Made by a program: the position numbers and the translations under genes
Source of the DNA: Mobula birostris
Lineage: Eukaryota
Reading direction: 5' to 3'
Length of the DNA stretch: 64,000 nucleotides
NCBI RefSeq assembly: GCF_030028105.1
Contig: NC_092402.1
Location: 43,946,137-44,010,136 of the forward strand
Shown here: positions 1 to 12,236 of the stretch, piece by piece
Layout: each line of letters begins with the position of its first letter
Position numbering within the stretch: position 1 is the stretch's first letter
The notes under the pieces: model-generated
What the model was told of the DNA's origin: nothing
The model's database searches: none
The model's input: only the letters and a program-made list of their open reading frames with translations

Positions 1-780
1 GGAATCAAAGCATAGACTTTTTTCTAAATGGGAGTAAATGCAAAAATTTGAGGTGCAACTGGACTTGGGGGTCCTTGTGCAGGATTCCATAAAGATTAAC
101 TTGCAGGTTGAGTTGGTGGTGAGAAAGGCAAATGTACTGTTAACATTCACTTTGAGAGGACTAGAATATAAAAGCAAGGATGTAATACTGAGGCTTTATA
201 AAGCACTGGTGAGACTCCACTTGGAGTATTGTGAACAGATTTGTTCCCCTTATCTAAGAAAGGATGTGCTGGTATTGGAGAGGCTTCGAAGAAGGTTCAC
301 TAAAATAATTCCAGGATTGAATGGCTTGTCATATGAGGAGCATTAGATGGGTCTGGGGCTGAACTCACTGGAATTTAGAAGAATGAGGGTGGGGGAGGGG
401 GTCATTGAAACCTATCAAATGTTAAAAGGCCTAGGAAGAGGTGGATGGAATGTAGAGAGAATGCTTCATACTGTGGGAGTATCTTGGACCAGACGGCACA
501 CCCTCAGAATAAAGGGACGTCCATTTAGAACAGAAATGAAGAGAAATTTCTTTAGCCAGAAGGTGGTGAATCTGTGGAATTTGTTGCCACAGGTGGCTGT
601 GGAGGCCAGGTCATCAAGTATATTTAAGGCAGAGGATGATAGATTCTTGATAAGTCAGGGTGTGAAAGATTACAGGGAGAAGGTAGGAGAATGGGGTTGA
701 GAGGGGAATGGATGAGCCGTGATCATGGCAGAGCAGACCCGATGGGCCAGGTGGCCCAATTCCGCTCCAATGTCTTATGC
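1..780 (+). mobile_element. CR1-clade LINE 3' fragment (degenerate ORF2 C-terminus and 3' UTR)
   Basis: LRLYKALVRLHLEYC and RNFFSQKVVNLWNLLP motifs broken by a stop; typical CR1 3' tail. Confidence 0.9.
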
Positions 781-1049
781 CATTCAGCCCACAGAGTCTC
801 TACTGGTTCCCACATTGCTTTCCCTGTCTGACTCTTTCTCTCAGATGCCCTTTAACTCCCTGCCCCCCCTCCAATTTTTCTGCTACCTAATAAAGCTAGG
901 GGTAATTTACAATAGCCATTTAGACTATTAATTAATAGGTCGTTGGGACATGAGAAGAAACTGGAACACTTGGGGAAACTCATGCAGTCACTTCCAAGGT
1001 CATGATCAAACCCAGGTTCTTCGAGCTTTGTTGCAGCAGGACTTAAAAG

Positions 1050-1562
1050 TCATAGAGTTATAGAACACTACAGCACAGGAACAGGCCCTTTGGCCACCTA
1101 GCCTGTGCCAAACTATTATTCTGCCTTGTCCCATCATCCCTCACCTGGATCATAGCCCTCCACACCCCTCCCATCCATGTACCTATCCAAATTTCTCTTA
1201 AACATTGAAATCTAAGCCACATCCTCGACTTCCATTGGCATCTCGTTCCACACTCTCACTATCCTGAGTGAAGAAATTCCCCCTCATGTTCCCCTTAAAC
1301 ATTTCACCTTTCTCCCTTAACCCATGACCTTTAGTTCTAGTCTCACACAACCTCAGTGAAAAAGCCTGCTTGTATTTACCCTATCAATATACCCCTCATA
1401 ATTTTGTATACCTTATCTCCCTCATTCTCCTACGCTCCAGGGAATGAAGTCATCATAACCTATTCAACCTTTCCCTATAACTCAGGTCTTCAAGACCCAG
1501 CAACATCCTTGTAAATTTTCTCTGCATTCTTTCAATCTTATTGATATCTTTCCTGTAGGTGA
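1050..1562 (-). mobile_element. CR1-clade LINE 3' fragment, reverse orientation
   Basis: Reverse complement of the CR1 tail (catagagttatagaacactacagcacaggaacaggccc...). Confidence 0.75.
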
Positions 1563-1879
1563 GTCAACAATGTCTTCCCAGTGTTAAGACACTGATCACA
1601 TTTGACCATTTCTTATGGATGGGCATGCCTGACTTTAGAACCCAGACAAAAACTCTGGGCTCTATTTCACAAATAAGCATAGCTTGAAATATGTAAGGAT
1701 GATTCATTGATTTAAAGAGATAATGGGACCCAAAAGGTTTAAATATGGAGAAGCTATTTCTTCTGGCAGTCAATGCAGAACAAAGACCATAATCAATTAA
1801 GTTATAGGCCATTGAGGAGCATGGCTTCTCTTCATCGGAAGAAATCCTGTGGATTGAAGATCAAATCAATATGGGAGTC

Positions 1880-2526
1880 CTCACGCAAAATTCCCTCAAG
1901 GTTAACTTACAGTTTGAATTGGTGGTAAGGAAGGCAAATGCAGTGTTAGCATTCATTTCAAGGACTAGAATGTAAAAGCAAGGATGCAATACTGAGGCTT
2001 TATAAGGCTTTGGTCAGTATTATGAGTAATCTTGGGCCCCTTATCTAAGAAAGGAGATACCGGCATTGGAGAGTGTCCAGAGGAAGTTCACAAGAATGAT
2101 CCAGGGTACATATGAGGACATTTGATGGCTTTAGGCCTGTACTCCCTGGAGTTTAGATGAATGAGGGGGAATCTTATTGAAACCTATTGAATATTGAAAG
2201 GCCTAGATAGAGTGGCTGTCAAGAGGATGTTTCCTATAATGGGGGAGTCCAGAACCAGAGGGGGCGTCCCTTTAAGTCAGAGATGAGGAATTTCTTTAGC
2301 CAGAGGCTGGTAAATCTGTGGAATTCATTGCCACAGATGGCTGTGGAGGTTAAGTCATTGGGTATATTTAACATAGAAATTGGTAAGACTTGATTAGTAA
2401 GGGTGTCAAACATTACAAGGAGAAGGCTGAATAATGGAGCCGAGAGGGATAATAAATCCGCCATGATAGAATGGTGGAGAAGACTCGATGGAGGAAATGG
2501 CCTAATTCTGCTCCAATGTTTTATGG
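1880..2526 (+). mobile_element. CR1-clade LINE 3' fragment, second copy related to 1..780
   Basis: Colinear similarity with 70-780 (ggttaactt...ctgaggctttataag...tttctttagccagag...). Confidence 0.85.
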
Positions 2527-2614
2527 CCAAATAAAATTCAGGACAACGGATTTTTAACAGGAAGGCCATCAAAGAATATGGATCAATGGGGACCAGCATT
2601 GAAATAAATGGCAA

Positions 2615-2840
2615 ATGAGAAAATCTGCAGATGCTGGAGATCCAAGCAACACACACAAAATGCTGGAGGAACTCAGCAGGCCAGGCAGCATCTGTGAAGA
2701 AGTATGTAGTTGATATTTCAGGCTGAGACCCTTCAACAGGACATGCTGAAGGGTCTCGGCCCGAAATGCCGACTACACTCTTTTCCATAGATGCTGCCTG
2801 GTCTGCCGAGTTCCTCCAGCATTTTGTGTGTGTTGCTTGA
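2615..2840. repeat. Fold-back (inverted-repeat) element derived from Penelope-like termini; ~95-bp arms
   Basis: caagcaacacacacaaaatgctggaggaactcagcagg... (2643-2738) pairs with ...gagttcctccagcattttgtgtgtgttgcttg (2742-2839). Confidence 0.85.
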
Positions 2841-3167
2841 AATGAATGGGTTAAAGTTGCTCCAAGTGTTGAATGTTCTATTAATGGCATACCGTTCATC
2901 ACTTCAGAAAATCAAAGCTAAAGCGGACACTGCCTTCAGATGTAATTCCAGCAGCCAGCACTCTGGAGGCAGGTCACCTTCCAGATTTCGGTTCCCTCGT
3001 TAGATGTTGCCTTGGATGTTATCAGCTGATTCAGAATATCAGGTAATGTATATAGTTACATTACTAGTCTAGGAATCCTGAGGGTTAGACTGTAGGTTCA
3101 TAGGGACAAGTTCAAATGTGACCATGACAAGCAGGGAACCCCAATTTAGTTAAACCTTTAAAATTTA

Positions 3168-3625
3168 CACTCAGTGCACTTCATTAGGTACAGCTGCTTA
3201 TTAATGCAAATATCTAATCAGCCAATCATGTGACAACTAATCAATGTATAAAAGCATGCAGACATGGTGAAGGGGTTGTTGTCCAGACCAAACAACAGGA
3301 TGAGGAAGAAATCTGATCTAAGTGACTTTAAACTTAGAATGATTGTCAGTGCCAGACAGGATGTTTTGAGTATCTCAGAAACTCATCTCCTAGGATTTTC
3401 ATGCACAACAATCTCTAAAGTTTACAGAAAATAGTGTGAAACAAAAAAACATCCAATAGCAAAAACGCCTTGTTAATGAGAGATCAGAGGAGAATGGCCA
3501 AACTGTTTCAAGCTGACGGGAAGGTGACAGTAACTCAAATAACCACATGTTTAAGTGGATGGACTTCAGCAGCAGAAGACCATGTCACTTTTCACTCCTG
3601 CAGCTAATAAAGTGGCCTCTGAGTG
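3168..3625 (+). mobile_element. Internally deleted Tc1/mariner element
   Basis: TA-flanked TIRs cactcagtgcacttcattag / ctaataaagtggcctctgagtg; remnant of a Tc1 N-terminus (MRKKSDLSDF..RMIVSARQ) from 3300. Confidence 0.82.
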
Positions 3626-3849
3626 TATGAAATTGGTATCAGTAATTCTGAATACGAATCATGTGGCTTCTTGTAAAAATAAAGTTGGTTTATGAAGACC
3701 TTCACAGAAGAAATGGCATCTTTATTTGGCTATGCCTACCTGCAGCTTCAGATTCTGAGCAATTTTGTTGACTCTTAACTGTATCCTGAAATCACCTGGC
3801 AAAAATCAGTTTAAGGGAATTATTTGCTTCTTTTAGTTAATTTTTACAA

Positions 3850-4770
3850 GGCTTGTTTGTTGCTGACAAGGATTTATTAAGCATTCCCAGTTACCTTCCC
3901 AACTGCTATAGTTCTTCTGGAGAAGATACTCCTAGAAGGTTGTTGGGGAGTGAGTTGCAGGATTTAAGCCCAGAAATGAAGGAATATTTCCAAGCCCTGA
4001 TGATGTGCAAGTAAACAGGCATTGGTGGAAGTGGCGTATTTCCATTTGCCTGCGGCCTTTGTCCTTGACTGTTGGGGATGCATGCTAAGCCTGCTCTGTA
4101 TACAGAACATTTATAGGTATCAAACACTATAGCCAATGAGGTGGTGGAGGGTCTGAATATTTAGAGTGGGACATGGAGTACAGTTCCAGTGTGTGTTTTG
4201 TCCTCGCATGGTGTCCAGTTTAAGAGCCATTTGAGCTGCCCTCATCCAGGCAATTGGAAATGGCAGAAGGCATTGTCACAGAGTACCCTGTAGCCACATC
4301 TAGTCCAGATAAATCTGGTCAGTAGTAATACTGATGTTGGGGTCACATTAATGGCAATACCAGTGAATGTTAAGGGCAAGTGGTCAGATTGTTGGAGCTG
4401 GTCATTGCCTGGCACTTTTACAGCAGTTATCGGCCACATATCAGCCCATGCCTGAATGTTTGGGTCTTACTGCACATAGGCATGGACTGCTTCATTTGCC
4501 ACCTAGAGGAAATGCAAATGGAATCAAATGTCGTCTGCACTTCTGGTCTTATGATCACTGATGAAGCAATCAGACAAAACTGGGCATAGGACACTGTCCT
4601 GAAGAGCTCATGTTCCTGGAGGCAGGAAGATTGACATTCACAACCACTTTGTGCAAGGTTCGACTGCAACTGTTGAATGCTTCCCCATTGGTCTTGGTTT
4701 TACCAAGGCAGCTTGATGCCACACTCGGTAGAAAGCTGCCTTGATATCAACTGAAAGGCTAGGTCTTCTT
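3850..4770 (-). mobile_element. Old degraded LINE fragment (CR1/L2-group RT)
   Basis: Reverse strand at ~4710-4750 reads LDIKAAFYRVWHQ (RT motif LDIKAAFDRVWH); a related copy lies at 22890-25280. Confidence 0.65.
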
Positions 4771-5279
4771 GCCTACATGGCTCACAAGATGTCAGTTCTA
4801 TTTTTCCCCACGTCTCTAGACAAGATAATGAGTCTGTTGAGCCACAGGTTTCACATCTGACAACCTGCTGGACTTGGAATATTTGCATGATGAAATGGAC
4901 ACGCCAGGTTTTGTCAAACGGTACTTGCAGAGGGGAAAAAGGAACAGGATTAATTCAAGGTGCACTTACAATTAGCTCATGAGTAAAGATGCCCTGTTGT
5001 GGCAGCAGCTGATTATTAAAGGAAACAAGGGGCAGGAATTAGTAAAAACACAGAACTGAACCAAGAATCTGAAAGACAGAACTTTCATTTTGGTACACAA
5101 GGTAAAGATATTCCGTTTTTTCCCACACTTTATTAAACTGTGTCCACCAAATGGCAACAAAAATATTGATTACAAATCTCCATTTCTAAGAAGATTAAAA
5201 ACTAGCCATCACAGTGTTCTGGGGTCTAGATTAGTCACACAACTGATAAGTGGAATTAACAAATACATTTAAATCTTAA

Positions 5280-6996
5280 GGCAAAATGAAAAAAGACAGT
5301 TTATTACATTTAAATTTAACATTGACAAAAGTTTACACTCTGCAGTATTTTGACATTTTAAACTAGAATGTATTTTTGTAAATGAATAATTACACACTTA
5401 TTAATTTAGCATTCAAATATAAACAAGCTGCCCTAAGCGGCCTCACAGATACAGGCTAAACAGAACCCAGGAGTAGCAGACACATTAATCTAAGTTAACA
5501 GCATCAATGCTCTGTTCTGTAAACAAGGAAACGTACAAGTCCATGGCCTGGTAAATGAGGTGATACAATACCTATTTTTTCACCAACAAAGCCGCCTGGT
5601 AAGCAACGCTATATAAATGCAAACAAGCTCTGTAGTAGAATGGATAATGTAGCACTACAATTCACTACTCAATCCCCAATCATTCAAGAATCTTGTCAAT
5701 AATTTTCACTTTTGACCTAAATAGAAGGTTGAAAAATAATTGGTCAATTAAACTTCGAATACCTAGATGCTTCTCCTCAATATTACATTGTCCATATATG
5801 TCTATTTATTTTATCAATGGTCACACCACCTCAAGTGAACATGTCAAGGATGCACCTAAGTGCTCTCATACAGGATAAATGCTACCATCTAGAACACAGA
5901 CATTTTCACTGGATCATGTCTGTACTCGCTAATACAGCGCATTACAGATTCGATCAATATTGAGTTATTGTAATTACAAGAGGAATAACAAAAAAATCTC
6001 ATTGAGTCATGCTTCCCTCAGTGTGGCATATGATATTAAATGAACAATCCAATTTCAAATAGCACAAGCCAACTACATTTCATCAGTTTTCACCTACCCT
6101 GCCCTTTTTTTTGTTTCCAAGAGAATGTCTCCCCCCACCCCCCCCCAACCATTTCTGAAGTTAATACAATGCAAAATGAAAATGTTGTTTCAGTGCCAGG
6201 CAGGTTTTTGTTAGCAATGTTCTTTAAACAAAAACATCAGTATATGGTACCTACAAGCAAGGTGTACAGTATGGCAATGTACTGTAGCATTCACAACTGA
6301 TTTGAGGGAATTTTAGGGTGCTTTTTTTTCCAAAATAAATGATGAAATAAATAAAAAATAGTTTTTGAACCAATACTCTGTCTTCAAGAGTAATGTAACT
6401 GAAAGGCTTTAAACTACATTTAGATATTTTTGTTCTACTCTGCAGAAGAGGAAATTAGTTAACCACTTCTCCATGTTGTATATATGACTTTACAGTGAGT
6501 AAAAGCAGCCATCTTAAGTAATTTTAGAATAAATATTAATAAATGTCTATTGAAAGCTGAGAAAATACAAGGCTACAGTACGCTAACCTGCAAATAAATC
6601 AATACCAATCAACATGAAGGCTCAGTGGTTGGTAAATTATTGCTATATGTTGAAACTATTTAGTCGCACTTGTTCACATGGAATTCAATTTAAAAATTAG
6701 ACCTTGATTGCTTGATTTCCACAATGTTACCATTCGCACAGTAATGAAAAGCTGCTCAAGAACCATAATTTGTCATTTGCTACAGGGTAAGCCTCCAAGG
6801 AGTCAATTTTGCTTGTAGCTGCTTATTGTTAAAAAACTGACTGGCAAATCCTGCAACCAGAGTTAAACAACAGCCACAAACATCAGCATCATTAGTAGTA
6901 TTGTCAAGTCAGCAGGGTATCCAACACATGAACAGAGGACCAATTATCCACACAAATTTAATCTTCTTTTAATTCATGGACAGACTTCCCTGGTAG
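5280..6996 (-). other. CASC3: CASC3 3' UTR, with candidate poly(A) signal AATAAA at 5305-5300 (others at 5810-5805 and 5134-5129)
   Basis: Transposon-free AU-rich ~1.7 kb after the stop; AATAAA followed by U-rich sequence on the minus strand. Confidence 0.65.
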
Positions 6997-7038
6997 CTAA
7001 GCTTCATTCCTTTCTTTCAGTTTTTCACTTCGGCTGTC
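6997..7038 (-). CDS. CASC3: CASC3 probable last coding exon (DSRSEKLKERNEA*)
   Basis: ttttattttctag acceptor, phase 0, in-frame TAG at 6999-6997, then a long repeat-free AU-rich UTR. Alternative acceptors exist (see findings). Confidence 0.72.
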   Translation of the reverse strand, partial: DSRSEKLKERNEA

Positions 7039-8332
7039 CTAGAAAATAAAAGGTAGGAACAATTTGGATCACAACAATCTGGAACAAATGTCTTCTTCTA
7101 CTGTTTTTTTAAAAATGTTGAAATTGTAGCCTTTTAAAATTCTGATAACAGTTAATTACTTGCTGCATGAGCAGTAGAACTTATTGTTAGGGTATCTGGG
7201 ATAGGGAGAAAAAGAAAATCCATCTCCAAATCACCAACCAGTAATCCAACTGGAATTTTTTTCTGAGCATCATCCCACACCCCAATGACATGCATGACTG
7301 AAATTGACAATGTGGCTCCTTATAGTGAAAGCGCCTGATGAAATTCACTACTGAAATAGAGATATTAAAACTGCTATCTCAATAAGCTCCCACCTGTTCA
7401 ATTTTATTGCAAAACAGTTATCAGAAATTTCACCTGACCTAAAGTGGATAACAAATTGACACCTTAAAAACACATGCACAAACACATAGCCAGGTTACGA
7501 ACACCCAACTTACGTACAGCCCATACATAGGGATGTGTGTTCCGGCAGGATGAATTCTTGGCTGTTGCAGCACTGTAAGTACCTTCCACATTCTGGGAGT
7601 TAAATGCCCTGTTTTAATTACACATTGTCCTTGTTTGGCCTCTGTTTTAATTAAGCATTTTACTTAGTTGCTGCATTCCCTACTTGAGAATTGCTCGAGT
7701 TACAAACCAATTCTCAGGCACTCTGTCATAACCTGGAGAGGATCTGTATATAATATGTTAACTTGCTCAATTATTCAAGAAAAGCAGTGCAATACAATAT
7801 TGCAGACCTCACTGCAATATTATAGGAAAATCAGAACTTCCAAGATTGTACATCTTGAACCATAGCAGAAAAAGCAGTCATGTGAAAGTTCTTCATGTTG
7901 TTTCATTTTAAGTGACATTCCCATCTTAAGCTCTGTACGGAAGTCCTCAACAAAAGACAATCATTTGTAAACAAATGATAAATGTTTAATACTTATAATT
8001 AATTAGAAAAGGAGGAGATGATGGAGAATAAGATCTGAAGAGAGGAAGGCACTGATGGGAGAGACCCAGCACCTAACTCAGGAACAGTGCAGACAGTTCT
8101 GGGAGGATGCAGTAAAGAGAACAGAATGAAGTGTGAATTTTTGGTATGTGGGGTGAAATGGAGGGGGAAAAGGGTGAAACAAAGAGGAGGGGGGAGAAGA
8201 GGCATAGGGAAATATTAACTAGACACAGCATTACTTTATAGAAGTTAACTTGATAAGTACATAATATTTTGCAGCTTCAGATGGTGTTGTACCTATGCTG
8301 CATGGAAACCAGATGATAGATGTATCAAGTAC

Positions 8333-8455
8333 CTCAGGTGGCGGTGGTTTAACAGTAACAGGCTGCGATTGTCGTCTTGGAGGTGATGGCTTTGGCAGAG
8401 CCTGCTGCTGTACAGTGTTGTAGTAAGTGACTCCACCAAAGACCTGAGACTGGGC
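8333..8455 (-). CDS. CASC3: CASC3 exon 12 (AQSQVFGGVTYYNTVQQQALPKPSPPRRQSQPVTVKPPPPE)
   Basis: 123 nt; conserved GGVTYY and PKPSPPRR. Confidence 0.95.
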
Positions 8456-9009
8456 CTGACAACAAACACATGGTTAGTATTTCATAAATTTTTCAATTTC
8501 AATAATAAACAGGATGTGCACGACCAAACAATAAACATCTCTATACTTTTCAAAAAGGTCCTCAGTGGAGTCACTTTTTTGGCACTGGGTGAAATAATGT
8601 GAACAATAACTTACAGTAAGAACCTAAACATAAACATTTTGCTAATACCAGCAGTAAGTGCTTGCAATAAAAATGACATGGCTGGTTGACGAAACAGTGA
8701 AAATTGTGTCATCATAGCTCAAGGAACACTAATTTGTACAACTGCTGTGAACTATAACATTTGCTTATTATTGCATCTTACTGGATGTCCTAGAATCACT
8801 GAAAACTATTTATTTTGACAAGTAAATGCTAATACACGATGTTAAAAATAATCTGGTTTGCTCTCCAGTACATTAAGGAAAAAAAAACTTTCATTAGCTC
8901 CAAACACATTTACTTGTACTTAAGATAAACATTTCTTTATTAATAACAAGATTATGCATCCTGATCCACAAACTCTTGCTTTATATCCATTCCCTGTATG
9001 TCTGCTTAC

Positions 9010-9209
9010 CTGAGTAGTTGGATAAATGTGGGGTGGGAGTCCTCCCGTTGTGTATGGATAACTGGGATTTCCATAGTTCATCATTCCAGAAGTGAAGAAG
9101 GGAGGGGGTAGCACCTGGGGTGGAGGTGGTTGCCCAGATGGCAATGGAACTTGTGGCGCATAAAGACCAGTGTTGGTGAGGTGGCCAGGTGACTGGTGGT
9201 GATTAAAAC
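9010..9209 (-). CDS. CASC3: CASC3 exon 11 (GFNHHQSPG...GNPSYPYTTGGLPPHIYPTTQ)
   Basis: 200 nt within ORF 8920..9222; AG/GTAAG bounded. Confidence 0.94.
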
Positions 9210-9534
9210 CTGGAACTGACAATGAACACAGGATTCGTTAAAAAAAATCTAATATAAGATAATTTACATTCCAAGGAGCCATCACAAATTTCACAAGGTG
9301 CATGCTATGCTATGGATTCTATGAAAATTCAATGATGCATGTAAGTAACATGCTTCTTTAGACTTGTGTGCTTCTGATAAAAGATGACATAGTCAGCACA
9401 ATTCTACAAGTACTCAATGAACACAGGGGAAATAGATTTGTTCCAAAAATGAAGAGACATCCGTTACTTATTGCTCTCTCTAGCTTTAAGACCTAAAGCT
9501 ACAGAAAGCAACTTCAGTCACCTTTGAGTACTAA

Positions 9535-9890
9535 AATCTCTGCTGGTTATAGCATTCAGAATGAATAGATAGGACAAACCAAATGCAGATTTGGTGACTA
9601 CACAGAACACCTCTATTCATCTTCAAGGTTGACACTGAGCTTCCAGTTGCCTTTTCACTCCCTCGCTAACCTTGTTGCCTTTGGTCTTGCACTTTTACAT
9701 CAAGCCCAAAAAACAGCATCTCTTTTCTGGCTTCAGTACAACCTTTAGAACATGATGTTGAATTCAATTATTTCAGATAAACAGCCTTTCCTGTTTGCAT
9801 CAGAGTAGCCAGTTCTCATGAAAGACCATTTACCTCTCTCCCCTTCAGATTCTGCCTAGCCCTTGGAACATTTCCAGCATCTACTTGGTT
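9535..9890 (+). mobile_element. Penelope-like element 3' remnant (GIY-YIG endonuclease fragment plus terminus)
   Basis: 9566-9619 reads (Y>stop)IGQTKCRFGDYTEHLYS, then ELPVA; ends in a degraded copy of the terminal motif of the 2615-2840 arms. Confidence 0.65.
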
Positions 9891-10556
9891 TGGCCTCGTT
9901 TGTGCAAGTCTTACAGATTCAGCATTATTTATATATATTTTTTAAACCCCTCTATTTTTCTCTCTACTTTTGTCTTCATTCAAGTCATTATTTACATCTC
10001 CTTCAGAGACTTGTGATTAAAGAACCTTCATCAGGCTTTTAAGCTGCCACTACTAAATTTTTAAAAAATTGGATAATCATCATTCCCAGCCAATTCCGAT
10101 GAAAGGTTATCAACCTGAGATTTTTCCTTTTCACTCATGCTTCCTAGTCAGCAGAGAACTTCCAGCATTACGTTTTGATTTCAGATTTCCTGCACCTTCA
10201 AGTTTTTGATAATGAGGACACTACAATCTGAAGTTGACATCACTGATTCAGCACCATATGTTGGTAGAAATAACATTCACCATCTTAAACTGTTTAATTT
10301 TTCTCTGCAACACCATCAGATCTGTTACCTCTTTCAAGTCAGTTTCATCCAACTACATAATCAAAGAAAGAGATACTATAAGATAAAAAGCATTGAATCA
10401 AGGAAATATAAGATGACATCTTGAAGTAATCAAATGCAAATCTAAACAGATAATCCATCTTTATGGTTTTTCAATTAAAATTAAATTCTTTCCTGGCCCA
10501 CTAGTACATCTGAATGATATTCAATCTCCCTTCCTTGGTTCAAAAGAACAGAATAC

Positions 10557-10655
10557 CTGGATGAGGAAGGTGCATATCTGGCTGAACGATCATGCCCTGA
10601 GGTGGCAGAGGAGCTGAACTTTCACTGTGGGTATAAATTGGTCCTTGAAATTGTA
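10557..10655 (-). CDS. CASC3: CASC3 exon 10 (LQFQGPIYTHSESSAPLPPQGMIVQPDMHLPHP)
   Basis: 99 nt, phase 1->1; strongly conserved peptide. Confidence 0.95.
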
Positions 10656-11099
10656 CTGCAAAAAGGAAACAGTTTGGATTAGTTAACAGATCATTGCATC
10701 ACTAACAAAACAGTTAAAAACTACTTAAAGATATATAATTTTCCACATATGTCAGATTGAGGTTACTTTTCAGAAATATTTACATGATGTTTCAATGTTT
10801 TAGAAAGTCCTTCACGTACTTATTTTAAGATTTTAATTATCTTGAATTCATTGCCATTTCTTTTCCAGATACACCAACCTTGAAGTTGTCCTAGCTCTGT
10901 GACCTGAAACATTAACTGTTTCTCCTTTCACATACGTTGTTTGACCTGTTCAGTGTCCCTAGCATTTCCTCTTCACATTTCAGGTTTCCATCGTCCAGTT
11001 TTTAAAAAAATAATAACTAATGGATTTTTAAAAAAGTTTCAAATGACTGTAGCAAGGCCAATCAGATATTTCTCTAAGAAAGGCAATTTATTCATCAAG

Positions 11100-12030
11100 A
11101 TATTGTGCTAAAATTGATCATCATTCCACCTTGCCAATATAGAGTTCATTACCAAGAATACTCAACAGCTTGCATTTTTGTGATATATATTTATGATATA
11201 AAATTAAATGTAGAGTTTAAAATAATGATGTGCAGAATGATACATCTGATATTGCAGCTGACAGAGAGGACAAAATCTTTACCATGCCCACTGAAGAATT
11301 TAGCCCAGAGAAGTGAGGCAACACATGAGATGTGGAGAAATAAGGCAAGGCAACACATAATGAATAGGGTCACTGCCTGATGCAGAGATGCAAAAGGATC
11401 TTGCAATGCACATCCAGAGATCTTAAAAGGTACAACTGAGGTTAAAAATGGAATATGGAATGCTCTGCTTTATTAGAAAGAAAGAGTGGTGATGGGGGTT
11501 GGGGGTTGCGTTATGCTAAGATTTCATGTTACATTCAATAAGTACTGCATCAAGTTCTGGCCAGTGCATTACAAGAAAGTTAATTGATTGGGAGTGAGTG
11601 GGAGAAAAGGAAGTTTATGAAAATATTACCAGGACCAGAAAATTATTCCGTGAAGAAAAACAGGATAAGCTTCCTTTAGAAGAGGATGAGAGATGACTTA
11701 ATTGAGCCTTCAAGGGGCCCAAATGGGAAAAATCCATTTCTTTTAAAGTCCAGAAATGGGAGACAGAGTAGATTTAATGAAATTTGTAGAAAGATTAGAA
11801 GGGAGAATAAGGGGAGAAAAAAAACTTTTCATCCAAAGGGAATTAAGGGTCTGAAACTTGCTGCCTGAAATTATGGTAGATGCATAAATTTGATAAGATT
11901 TTAAAAAGTACTCTGATATGAAGAGCTGTAACTTCGAGCACATATACATCGTACTTCCAGCACAAATAGCACATTTGTAGCCAGCATAAATATGAACCGA
12001 ATGGACCATATTTTTCTATGATTCTACTAT
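11100..12030 (+). mobile_element. Degraded CR1 LINE fragment in CASC3 intron 9
   Basis: Degraded CR1 ORF2 3' motifs (gatgagagatgacttaattgag; ttttcatccaaaggg...ctgaaacttgctgcctg). Confidence 0.55.
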
Positions 12031-12236
12031 ACGGTGATAGCATTTACGCCAGAACTCTAAATTATAGTTCAGAAATAAGTACAAGTTTGTGAACAATGTA
12101 TTCTAAAAATTATCCCTAAAGAAAAATGAAAACTTAAAAATTAAATTGTGAATTACCTATTGGTATTTTACTTGACACAAAATAACTTGAAATTCAATTT
12201 GCTATTTAAGGATAAATACTAAAATCAGTCCCTTAC

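Noticed and set aside
2234-2902. 222-aa minus-strand ORF
   Set aside because: Composed of the fold-back repeat and antisense CR1 sequence.
4846-4975. Frame reading GFTSDNLLDLEYLHDEMDTPGFVKRYLQRGKRN, superficially like a glucagon/GIP/VIP-family peptide with a GKR site
   Set aside because: Spacing between FTSD and FV is 16 residues rather than 12, there are in-frame stops just upstream, and the required acceptor lacks a polypyrimidine tract. Probably chance.
7323-7350. ctgatgaaa inside a hairpin as a hammerhead or C/D snoRNA
   Set aside because: No stem II or matching second box; kept only as a hairpin within the CASC3 acceptor finding.
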